DNA of 15,515 nucleotides from a virus: UHGV virus genome UHGV-0099607; one strand, 5' to 3'. Shown piece by piece: positions 9,946 to 15,515 of this stretch (position 1 is its first letter; each line of letters starts with the position of its first letter). The notes under the pieces were generated by a model. It saw only the letters and a program-made list of their open reading frames with translations, ran no database searches and was not told where the DNA came from. The position numbers and the translations under genes were made by a program.

Positions 9946-10389
9946 CTAATATGAACACTGTGATCTCACATATTCTTGCAGGCCATTCAATTGGTTAGTT
10001 ATGGTTTCGATGCGCTCTCTGAGAACGAAATAATCCCGTTGAGCGGTGTCAGTAAGTCTGGGGCTGGAAGCATCATCCACGCCGGAGGCGGCGGTGGTTT
10101 TATGCTTGTCCGGACAGACTGCTTTGACGTGCAGCCACTTACGACCAGCAGAAACATCAGCACGAAGACTTTCGATAGTCGCGTTAGCATCAGCAAGCTC
10201 CTTTGTGTATCTGGCGTCGAGTTCTGCTACATCATGTTGACGCTTCTGCATGTCAGCGATTGTGGATGTGGCCTTATCGCGCTGCTCTTTGTAGGTAATG
10301 GCGTTATCACGGTAATGATTAACAGCCCATGACATGCAGACGATGATGCAGATGAGCAGAGCGGAGATAATCGCGGTTAATCTGCTCAT
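9946..10389 (-). CDS. Rz: Rz i-spanin (inner-membrane spanin), 147 aa
   Basis: N-terminal TM anchor ([34 protein letters not shown]…) and coiled-coil body resembling lambda Rz; ATGA overlap with R. Confidence 0.85.
   Translation of the reverse strand: MSRLTAIISALLICIIVCMSWAVNHYRDNAITYKEQRDKATSTIADMQKRQHDVAELDARYTKELADANATIESLRADVSAGRKWLHVKAVCPDKHKTTAASGVDDASSPRLTDTAQRDYFVLRERIETITNQLNGLQEYVRSQCSY
9999..10196 (-). CDS. Rz1: Rz1 o-spanin lipoprotein embedded in the +1 frame of Rz, 65 aa
   Basis: Lipobox LVVSGC followed by TSKQSV and a proline run KPPPPPAW, then …TPLNGIIS, as in lambda Rz1; wholly contained within Rz. Confidence 0.75.
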   Translation of the reverse strand: MLMLTRLSKVFVLMFLLVVSGCTSKQSVRTSIKPPPPPAWMMLPAPDLLTPLNGIISFSESASKP

Positions 10390-10862
10390 ACCTCAATCTC
10401 TCTGACCGTTCCGCCTGCTTCTTTGAATTTTGCAATCAGGCTGTCAGCCTTATGCTCGAACTGGCCATAACCAGCGCCCGGCAGTGAAGCCCAGATATTG
10501 CTGCAACGGTCGATAGCCTGACGGATATCACCGCGATCAATCATCGGTAAAGCGCCACGCTCCTTAATCTGCTGCAGTGCAACAGCGTCCTGGTTTTTCG
10601 GAGAGAAGTCTTTCAGGCCAAGCTGCTTGCGGTAGGCATCCCACCAACGGGAAAGAAGCTGGTAACGTCCGGCTGCTGTTGATTTGAGTTTGGGGTTTAG
10701 CGTGACAAGTTTGCGAGGGTGATCGGAGTAATCAGTGAATAGCTCTCCGCCTACAATGACGTCATAACCATGATTTCTGGTTTTCTGACGTCCGTTATCA
10801 GTTCCCTCTGACCACGCCAGCATATCGAGGAACGCCTTACGTTGATTATTGATTTCCACCAT
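10386..10862 (-). CDS. R: Endolysin R (lambda-type lytic transglycosylase), 158 aa
   Basis: Near-identical to my recollection of lambda R ([22 protein letters not shown]… with the catalytic Glu in WSEGTD); overlaps the S stop. Confidence 0.95.
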   Translation of the reverse strand: MVEINNQRKAFLDMLAWSEGTDNGRQKTRNHGYDVIVGGELFTDYSDHPRKLVTLNPKLKSTAAGRYQLLSRWWDAYRKQLGLKDFSPKNQDAVALQQIKERGALPMIDRGDIRQAIDRCSNIWASLPGAGYGQFEHKADSLIAKFKEAGGTVREIEV

Positions 10863-11169
10863 CTTCTACTCCGGCTTTTTTAGCAGCGAAGCGTTTGATA
10901 AGCGAACCAATCGAGTCAGTACCGATGTAGCCGATGAACACGCTCGTTATATAAGCGAGATTGCTACTTAGTCCGGCGAAGTCGAGAAGGTCACGAATGA
11001 ACCAGGCGATAATGGCGCACATCGTTGCGTCGATTACTGTTTTTGTAAACGCACCGCCATTATATCTGCCGCGAAGGTACGCCATTGCAAACGCAAGGAT
11101 TGCCCCGATGCCTTGTTCCTTTGCCGCGAGAATGGCGGCTAACAGGTCATGTTTTTCTGGCATCTTCAT
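10846..11169 (-). CDS. S: Holin S (class I, lambda S107/S105 dual-start), 107 aa
   Basis: [41 protein letters not shown]… is essentially lambda S; Met1-Lys2-Met3 dual-start motif present (ATG at 11167-11169 and 11161-11163). Confidence 0.95.
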   Translation of the reverse strand: MKMPEKHDLLAAILAAKEQGIGAILAFAMAYLRGRYNGGAFTKTVIDATMCAIIAWFIRDLLDFAGLSSNLAYITSVFIGYIGTDSIGSLIKRFAAKKAGVEDGGNQ

Positions 11170-11411
11170 GTCTTACCCCCAATAAGGGGATTTGCTCTAT
11201 TTAATTAGGAATAAGGTCGATTACTGATAGAACAAATCCAGGCTACTGTGTTTAGTAATCAGATTTGTTCGTGACCGATATGCACGGGCAAAACGGCAGG
11301 AGGTTGTTAGCGCAGCCTCCTGCCACCCGCTTTCACGAAGATCATGTGTAGAAGGCAGCAGCGTAACTATCACTGATGAGTTCAGGATAGCCAGTGGCTA
11401 CGGCTCAGTTA

Positions 11412-11487
11412 TGGTGCTGGTTAACGGACTTGAACCGCTACCCATTCGCTTACAAGGCGACTGCTCTACCATTGGAGCTAAACCAGC
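11412..11487 (-). tRNA. tRNA, predicted anticodon UGU (Thr), 76 nt with encoded CCA
   Basis: Manual fold of the reverse complement: 7-bp acceptor GCTGGTT/AACCAGC, D-stem GCTC/GAGC, anticodon loop CTTGTAA, T-arm AGCGG-TTCAAGT-CCGTT, discriminator A, CCA. The anticodon stem has one G:A mismatch. Not run through tRNAscan. Confidence 0.55.
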
Positions 11488-11492
11488 ATATT

Positions 11493-11567
11493 TGGCGGGA
11501 CAGCGTGGACTCGAACCACGATAAGAAGGTTAACAGCCTTCCGTAATGACCTTTATACGACTGACCC
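11493..11567 (-). tRNA. tRNA, predicted anticodon GUU (Asn), 75 nt with encoded CCA
   Basis: Manual fold: anticodon arm GAAGG-CTGTTAA-CCTTC (perfect), T-arm CGTGG-TTCGAGT-CCACG; anticodon loop and T-loop match my recollection of E. coli tRNA-Asn. Acceptor stem has one T:T mismatch at 4:69 and the D-stem is only 3 bp, so it may be a pseudo-tRNA. Confidence 0.5.
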
Positions 11568-11640
11568 AAATAAAAAATCCCGAAACCGTTATGCAGGCTC
11601 TAACTATTACCTGCGAACCGTTTCGGGATTGCATTTTACA
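11568..11640 (-). terminator. tR'-like intrinsic terminator of the pR' short transcript
   Basis: On the - strand, a long hairpin (AATCCCGAAACGGTT … AACGGTTTCGGGATT, 15 bp with one mismatch, with an inner GCAGG/CCTGC stem) followed by TTTTATTT; sequence matches my recollection of lambda tR'. Confidence 0.7.
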
Positions 11641-11760
11641 GACCTCTCAGCCTGCGATGGTTGGAGTTCCAGACGATACGTCGAAGTGACCAACTAGGCG
11701 GAATCGGTAGTAAGCGCCGCCTCTTTTTATCTCACTACCACAACGAGCGAATTAACCCAT
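11568..11760 (-). ncRNA. Short pR' leader transcript (lambda 6S-RNA-like, about 190 nt) including the qut region
   Basis: Extent inferred from pR' (-10 TAAATT, start near 11760) to tR'; the sequence reads like the lambda pR'-tR' region as I recall it. Confidence 0.55.
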
Positions 11761-11770
11761 CGTTGGGTCA

Positions 11771-11799
11771 AATTTACCCAACTTTATTCAAAAAGTCAA
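11771..11799 (-). promoter_or_regulatory. Late promoter pR' (-35 TTGACT, 17-bp spacer, -10 TAAATT) with overlapping Q-utilisation site
   Basis: Hexamers read directly on the - strand (+ strand 11794-11799 and 11771-11776), immediately downstream of the Q stop. Confidence 0.7.
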
Positions 11800-11841
11800 T
11801 ATCATGCCGTTAATATGTTGCCATCCGTGGCAATCATGCTG

Positions 11842-12456
11842 CTAACGTGTGACCGCATTCAAAATGTTGTCTGCGATTGACTCTTCTTTGTGGCATTGCA
11901 CCACCAGAGCGTCATACAGCGGCTTAACAGTGCGTGACCAGGTGGGTTGGGTAAGATTTGGGATTAGCATCGTCACAGCGCGATATGCGGCGCTTGCTGG
12001 CATCCTTGAATAGCCGACACCTTTGCATCTTCCGCATTCTTTCTCAACAACTCTCCCCCACTGCTCTGTTTTTGCTATATCAACCGCACGGCCTGTACCG
12101 TGACAATCTCTGCATCTTGCGCCAGGCGTCGCGGCACTACGGCAATAATCCGCATAAGCGAATGTTGCGAGCACTTGCAGTACCTTTGCCTTAGTATTTC
12201 CTTCGAGCTTTGCCACACCACGGTATTTCCCCGATACCTTGTGTGCAAATTGCATCAGATAGTTGATAGCCTTTTGTTTGTCGTTCTGGCTGAGTTCGTG
12301 CTTACCACAGAATGCAGCCATTCCGAATCCGGCTTGTGATTGCGCCATCCCCATAGCAGCCATCACATCAGTAGCTCCCTGTGTGCATCCAACTGCCTTA
12401 GCAAGTGTTGTTTGAGAGATATTCAGTGACTCTCGATATTTTCGTAGGTTGCTCAT
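11842..12456 (-). CDS. Q: Late antiterminator Q with a Cro-like N-terminal 28 residues (cro'-'Q fusion), 204 aa
   Basis: From TDVMAAMGMAQSQAGFGMAAFCGKHELSQ… to the C-terminus it reads as lambda Q from about residue 32. The first 28 aa (MSNLRKYRESLNISQTTLAKAVGCTQGA) form a truncated XRE-type helix-turn-helix. GGAGG RBS 4 nt upstream of ATG 12456. The track ORF extends 57 codons further upstream across the operator region and is rejected. Confidence 0.85.
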   Translation of the reverse strand: MSNLRKYRESLNISQTTLAKAVGCTQGATDVMAAMGMAQSQAGFGMAAFCGKHELSQNDKQKAINYLMQFAHKVSGKYRGVAKLEGNTKAKVLQVLATFAYADYCRSAATPGARCRDCHGTGRAVDIAKTEQWGRVVEKECGRCKGVGYSRMPASAAYRAVTMLIPNLTQPTWSRTVKPLYDALVVQCHKEESIADNILNAVTR

Positions 12457-12567
12457 ATGCCCTCCATAGTAACCATGAAACAATAATACGATATGTACTT
12501 TTAGAATGCAAACAAAAAATACATCTTGTGCATGGATGGTTTTAGTACAGAGCGTAATAATAAGGGT
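12457..12567. promoter_or_regulatory. OR-like divergent control region: candidate PR (- strand, -35 TTGCAT, 17-bp spacer, -10 TATTAT) and a weak PRM-like promoter, with operator-like sites
   Basis: Hexamers read directly (+ strand 12506-12511 and 12483-12488). A 17-bp site at 12485-12501 matches an OL site at 13363-13379 at 15 of 17 positions; weaker copies lie at about 12515-12531 and 12542-12558. Confidence 0.5.
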
Positions 12568-13227
12568 ATGAAAATGAAATGGTATGAACTGGCTAGATCC
12601 AGAATGAAAGAGCTCGGCATAACTCAAGAGAAGTTAGCTGAAGAGCTTGGTATGACGCAGGGTGGAATTGGTCACTGGTTGCGCGGATCTCGTCATCCAT
12701 CTCTTGACGAGATTGGTGTGGTGTTTAAATACCTTGGTATTGATAACGTCTCATTCAACCACGACGGTACATTTTCACCTGTTGGCGAATACTCATCTGC
12801 CCCCGTTAAAAAACAATATGAGTACCCTGTTTTTTCTCATGTTCAGGCCGGGATGTTCTCGCCTGAGCTTAGAACCTTTACCAAAGGTGATGCGGAGAGA
12901 TGGGTCAGCACAACCAAAAAAGCCAGTGATTGTGCGTTTTGGCTTGAAGTTGAAGGTAATTCCATGACCGCGCCAACAGGATCCAAGCCAAGCTTTCCTG
13001 ACGGGATGTTAATTCTCGTTGACCCTGAGCAGGCTGTTGAGCCAGGTGATTTCTGCATAGCCAGACTTGGTGGTGACGAGTTTACCTTCAAGAAACTGAT
13101 CAGGGATAGCGGTCAGGTGTTCCTACAGCCACTAAACCCGCAATATCCAATGATTCCATGCAATGATAGCTGTTCCGTAGTAGGGAAAGTTATCGCCAGC
13201 CAGTGGCCTGAAGAGACATTTAGTTAA
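12568..13227 (+). CDS. cI: CI-type prophage repressor (LexA/S24-like autocleaving C-terminal domain; non-lambda DNA-binding domain), 219 aa
   Basis: The C-terminal ~130 aa read as lambda cI (…[17 protein letters not shown]… with Ala-Gly cleavage site, [10 protein letters not shown] catalytic Ser, FTFKKL Lys). The N-terminal HTH (…[26 protein letters not shown]…) differs from lambda. ATG 12568 sits about 7 nt after a TAATAA -10-like hexamer (possibly leaderless, as for lambda PRM); alternative ATG at 12574. Confidence 0.9.
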   Translation: MKMKWYELARSRMKELGITQEKLAEELGMTQGGIGHWLRGSRHPSLDEIGVVFKYLGIDNVSFNHDGTFSPVGEYSSAPVKKQYEYPVFSHVQAGMFSPELRTFTKGDAERWVSTTKKASDCAFWLEVEGNSMTAPTGSKPSFPDGMLILVDPEQAVEPGDFCIARLGGDEFTFKKLIRDSGQVFLQPLNPQYPMIPCNDSCSVVGKVIASQWPEETFS

Positions 13228-13259
13228 CAGCCTCACCACTCTAAAACACACAACAATAA

Positions 13260-13287
13260 CCCGACCTTAGCGTCGGGTTTTCTTTTT
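13260..13287 (+). terminator. Intrinsic terminator downstream of cI (CCCGAC-CTTAGC-GTCGGG followed by TTTTCTTTTT)
   Basis: 6-bp perfect stem plus T-run, read directly, 33 nt after the cI stop. Confidence 0.7.
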
Positions 13288-13352
13288 CCAAAATATAAAC
13301 CCATTAAATACAAAGCGTTATAAAAAACTAATTATATTTAGAACATTTTGTA

Positions 13353-13388
13353 TTGACTCGATAAAGTACAAATCGTACTATTTAGCCA
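13353..13388 (+). promoter_or_regulatory. pL-like early-left promoter (-35 TTGACT, 17-bp spacer, -10 TACTAT) with overlapping operator-like site OL1
   Basis: Hexamers at 13353-13358 and 13376-13381; the downstream sequence ATCAGCAGGACGCACT… matches the lambda pL transcript start as I recall it; operator-like 17-mer at 13363-13379. Confidence 0.65.
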
Positions 13389-13420
13389 TCAGCAGGACGC
13401 ACTAACCACCATGAAGGTGA

Positions 13421-13451
13421 GGCTCTTAAAAATTAAGCCCTGAAGAAGGGC
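13421..13451 (+). promoter_or_regulatory. nutL (boxA-like GGCTCTTAA plus boxB hairpin GCCCTGAAGAAGGGC)
   Basis: boxB is identical to lambda nutL boxB as I recall it; boxA differs from lambda CGCTCTTAA at one position. Confidence 0.75.
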
Positions 13452-13633
13452 AGCATTCAAAGCAGAAAGCTTTGGGGTGTGGTGAAGCTCAACGGCGAGC
13501 TAGGGAATAGTTTTGCGGTGAAGATTCTAGACAACTAACCGCAGGATGCGCGTAACCCAATCGGCAGCGCACCGATGGAAGCTGGTTCGACTCCAGCCAC
13601 CACACCACCAAAGCTAACTGACAGGAGATGAAC

Positions 13634-13762
13634 ATGAAACATAACGAACACTTTATGGCTTGGTTGAAGTCAATGCGTGATGAAGCAAAGCGTCCTGAAA
13701 CAACAATGACGCGAATCGTGGAAATCTTCTCCTGCATCAGCAAGTACGCAACCTGCCAATAA
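13634..13762 (+). CDS. Small ORF (42 aa) inside the N leader, using the lambda-N-type ribosome-binding site; function unknown
   Basis: CTGACAGGAG + 6 nt + ATG (13634); encodes MKHNEHFMAWLKSMRDEAKRPETTMTRIVEIFSCISKYATCQ; below the 60-aa track cutoff. An in-frame ATG at 13628 lies too close to the SD. Confidence 0.35.
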   Translation: MKHNEHFMAWLKSMRDEAKRPETTMTRIVEIFSCISKYATCQ

Positions 13763-13767
13763 CTGTC

Positions 13768-13784
13768 GGCCCCGCTGAGGGGCC
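13768..13784 (+). other. Stable hairpin GGCCCC-GCTGA-GGGGCC between the small leader ORF and N
   Basis: 6-bp G/C stem read directly, followed by ATTTATCT (weak U-tract) and then the GAGGA RBS of N; could be an attenuator or processing site. Confidence 0.3.
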
Positions 13785-13803
13785 ATTTATCTGAGGATGA
13801 TAT

Positions 13804-14127
13804 ATGGACTCTCAAACACGCCGCCGCGAACGTCGCGCAGAGAAACAGGCTCAATGGAAAGCAGCAAATCCCCTGTTGGTTGGGGTAAGCGCAAAACCAG
13901 TTAACCGCCCTATTCTCTCGCTGAATCGCAAACCGAAATCACGAGTAGAAAGCGCACTGAATCCGATAGACCTTACAGTGCTGGCTGAATACCACAAACA
14001 GATTGAAAGCAACCTGCAACGTATTGAGCGCAAGAATCAGCGCACATGGTACAGCAAGCCTGGCGAACGCGGCATAACATGCAGTGGACGCCAGAAAATT
14101 AAGGGAAAATCGATTCCTCTTACCTAG
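13804..14127 (+). CDS. N: Antitermination protein N, 107 aa
   Basis: MDSQTRRRERRAEKQAQWKAANPLLVGVSAKPVNRPILSLNRKPKSR… reads as lambda N with a few substitutions; arginine-rich boxB-binding motif intact. Confidence 0.95.
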   Translation: MDSQTRRRERRAEKQAQWKAANPLLVGVSAKPVNRPILSLNRKPKSRVESALNPIDLTVLAEYHKQIESNLQRIERKNQRTWYSKPGERGITCSGRQKIKGKSIPLT

Positions 14128-14679
14128 TTACTTAGATATTGGCCTTGGCTTTATCTCAATATTATATGGATCATAGCTGGCAACTAATTCAGTCCAGTAA
14201 ATATCCTCAATAGGGAATAATATATGCTTCCCGTTCCATCGGGAAAAAGTTTTGTTCAACACACCAAGCTCAATCAACTCACTAATGTATGGGAATTGTT
14301 TTGATGTAACCACATACTTCCTGCCTTCATTAAGGGCTGCGCACAAAACCATAGATTGCTCTTCTGTAAGGTTTTGAATTACTGATCGCACTTTATCGTT
14401 TTGCATCTTAATGCGTTTTCTTAGCTTAAATCGCTTATATCTGGCGCTGGCAATAGCTGATAATCGATGCACATTAATTGCTAGCGAAAATGCAAGAGCA
14501 AAGACGAAAACATGCCACACATGAGGAATACCGATTCTCTCATTAACATATTCAGGCCAGTTATCTGGGCTTAAAAGCAGAAGTCCAACCCAGATAACGA
14601 TCATATACATGGTTCTCTCCAGAGGTTCATTACTGAACACTCGTCCGAGAATAACGAGTGGATCCATTTCTATACTCAT
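14128..14679 (-). CDS. sieB: Superinfection exclusion protein B-like membrane protein, 183 aa from first ATG
   Basis: Tail-to-tail with N, the arrangement I recall for lambda sieB; predicted TM helices near the N-terminus (MYMIVIWVGLLLLS…, VWHVFVFALAFSLAI). Identity by position and topology, not sequence recall. The track start is a TTG at 14682. Confidence 0.65.
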   Translation of the reverse strand: MSIEMDPLVILGRVFSNEPLERTMYMIVIWVGLLLLSPDNWPEYVNERIGIPHVWHVFVFALAFSLAINVHRLSAIASARYKRFKLRKRIKMQNDKVRSVIQNLTEEQSMVLCAALNEGRKYVVTSKQFPYISELIELGVLNKTFSRWNGKHILFPIEDIYWTELVASYDPYNIEIKPRPISK

Positions 14680-14806
14680 CAAACTGTAGGGGTTGTAATA
14701 GTTTATCCGATTTCTCGCTGTAGGGGTACACGAGAACCACCGAGCCTGATGTGGTTAAAAGACAGGCACAATCTTTACTACCGCAATCCACTATTTAAGG
14801 TGATAT

Positions 14807-14893
14807 ATGGAAGAAGAATTTGAAGAGTTCGAAGAGCATCCGCAGGATGTAATGGAACAGTACCAGGACTATCCGTATGACTACGACTATTGA
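14807..14893 (+). CDS. 28-codon highly acidic ORF (MEEEFEEFEEHPQDVMEQYQDYPYDYDY), lambda orf28-like
   Basis: ATG 14807 preceded by AAGGTG; overlaps the ral start in another frame; I recall a 28-codon ORF at this position in lambda but cannot confirm the sequence. Confidence 0.35.
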   Translation: MEEEFEEFEEHPQDVMEQYQDYPYDYDY

Positions 14894-15056
14894 TAAGAAT
14901 CAATGGTGTGGACAATTCAAGCGATGCAATGGATGCAAGCTGCAATCGGAATGCATGGTTAAGCCTGAAGAAATGTTTCCTGTAATGGAAGATGGGAAAT
15001 ATGTCGATAAATGGGCAATACGAACGACGGCAATGATTGCCAGAGAACTTGGTTAA
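14877..15056 (+). CDS. ral: Ral (restriction alleviation protein), 59 aa
   Basis: MTTTIDKNQWCGQFKRCNGCKLQSECMVKPEEMFPVMEDGKYVDKWAIRTTAMIARELG reads as lambda Ral. Confidence 0.85.
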   Translation: MTTTIDKNQWCGQFKRCNGCKLQSECMVKPEEMFPVMEDGKYVDKWAIRTTAMIARELG

Positions 15057-15213
15057 CAGAACAACAAAGCTGCCTGATAGTGGCCTTTATTTTTGGCATA
15101 AATAACAGAATAAACACTGCACTGTGTATTCATTCCAACGAGTGAATACACGGAGCAATGTCGCTCGTAACTAAACAGGAGCCGACTTGTTCTGATTATT
15201 GGAAATCTTCTTT

Positions 15214-15239
15214 GCCCTCTAATGTGAGGGCCTTTTTAT
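15214..15239 (+). terminator. Intrinsic terminator (GCCCTC-TAATGT-GAGGGC followed by CTTTTTAT)
   Basis: Perfect 6-bp stem and T-run read directly, upstream of cIII. Confidence 0.55.
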
Positions 15240-15253
15240 ATGCATACCAATAA

Positions 15254-15275
15254 CGCTTCACTCGAGGCGTTTTTC
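15254..15275 (+). terminator. Second hairpin with T-run (CGCTTC-ACTC-GAGGCG followed by TTTTTCG) just upstream of the cIII RBS
   Basis: 6-bp stem with one G-U pair, then TTTTT; about 25 nt before the cIII start; may be a terminator or part of cIII translational control. Confidence 0.4.
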
Positions 15276-15300
15276 GTTATGTATAAATAAGGAGCACACC

Positions 15301-15465
15301 ATGCAATATGCCATTGCAGGGTGGCCTGTTGCTGGCTGCCCTTCCGAATCTTTACTTGAACGAATCACCCGTAAATTACGTGACGGATGGAAACGCCTTA
15401 TCGACATACTTAATCAGCCAGGAGTCCCAAAAAATGGATCAAACACTTATGGCTATCCAGACTAA
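15301..15465 (+). CDS. cIII: CIII (FtsH/HflB inhibitor stabilising CII), 54 aa
   Basis: MQYAIAGWPVAGCPSESLLERITRKLRDGWKRLIDILNQPGVPKNGSNTYGYPD reads as lambda cIII; AAGGAG RBS 6 nt upstream. Confidence 0.9.
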   Translation: MQYAIAGWPVAGCPSESLLERITRKLRDGWKRLIDILNQPGVPKNGSNTYGYPD

Positions 15466-15515
15466 ATTCACTATCGCCACTTTTATTGGCGATGAAAAGA
15501 TGTTTCGTGAGGCCG
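15434..15515 (+). CDS. kil: Kil (host cell-division inhibitor), 5' part only; truncated by the window edge
   Basis: MDQTLMAIQTKFTIATFIGDEKMFREA… reads as the lambda Kil N-terminus; overlaps the cIII 3' end out of frame. Confidence 0.8.
   Translation, partial: MDQTLMAIQTKFTIATFIGDEKMFREA

Noticed and set aside
11576..11640. 55-nt palindrome considered as a third tRNA
   Set aside because: Too short for a tRNA, has no anticodon or T-arm, and is followed by a U-tract on the - strand; it is the tR' terminator.
12457..12627. 57-codon N-terminal extension of the Q ORF (track ORF 11842..12627)
   Set aside because: The extension runs through the divergent operator/promoter region and across the cI start with no RBS, whereas the internal ATG at 12456 has a GGAGG RBS and begins a recognisable HTH.
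9099..12967. ORFs antisense to the HNH/moron, lysis, Q and cI genes (9099..9338, 9251..9472, 9976..10332, 10046..10240, 10961..11185, 11958..12194, 12100..12339, 12662..12967, 12843..13091)
   Set aside because: They overlap genes with strong identifications on the opposite strand or in another frame and show no supporting signals.
13581..13610. tRNA-like 3' end (GCTGG-TTCGACT-CCAGC followed by CACCACACC-ACCA) suggesting a tRNA or attachment-site fragment
   Set aside because: No cloverleaf can be built: the matching 5' strand (GGTGTGGTG) is about 120 nt upstream. The element lies in the pL leader between nutL and the N-type RBS, where lambda has the RNase III processing stem, so it is better explained as leader RNA structure.
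13489..14033. ORFs 13489..13854 (-) and 13851..14033 (-)
   Set aside because: They overlap nutL, the N leader and the N coding sequence in antisense; N and the leader elements account for this DNA.
1..15515. CRISPR arrays, insertion sequences or transposases, integrase or att sites
   Set aside because: I found no regularly spaced direct repeats, terminal inverted repeats with transposase ORFs, or recombinase genes in the window. The integrase and attachment sites presumably lie outside it (upstream of gtrA and beyond kil).

Overview
This window is the interior of a mosaic, apparently defective lambdoid prophage, read here from the integrase-proximal end towards the early-left operon. Left to right: (1) an O-antigen glucosylation (serotype-conversion) cassette gtrA-gtrB plus an AT-rich type-specific glucosyltransferase on the + strand (50-2582); (2) on the - strand a Mu/P2-like tail-tip module (tail fibre assembly, tail fibre, gp48-like, baseplate J, gp46-like, baseplate V-like) that abuts the terminase large subunit with only a 60-aa ORF between, so no portal, protease, capsid, sheath, tube or tape-measure genes are present; (3) HK97-style packaging genes TerL, TerS (P27 family) and an HNH endonuclease, with a GC-rich inverted repeat (cos candidate) between them; (4) two unassigned 'moron' ORFs; (5) a lambda-type lysis cassette Rz/Rz1, R, S; (6) the lambda-like late control region (tR', short pR' transcript, pR') with two tRNA genes inserted between tR' and S; (7) a Q antiterminator whose N-terminus is replaced by a Cro-like helix-turn-helix start, sitting divergent from cI with no cII/O/P/nin genes between them; (8) a cI repressor with a lambda-like C-terminal cleavage/dimerisation domain and a different DNA-binding domain, flanked by OR and OL regions that share a 17-bp operator-like motif; (9) pL, nutL, an extra 42-aa ORF inside the N leader, then N, sieB (opposite strand), a 28-codon acidic ORF, ral, cIII and the start of kil (cut by the window edge). 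All protein identifications rest on my reading of the translations and recollection of lambda, HK97, Mu and Gtr proteins; no database search was run. The most interesting observations are the cro'-'Q fusion that puts late/lysis genes directly under the repressor-controlled PR, the loss of the head and tail-shaft module while terminase, HNH and cos candidate are kept, the two moron ORFs in the bor-equivalent position, and the small ORF that has taken over the N ribosome-binding site.
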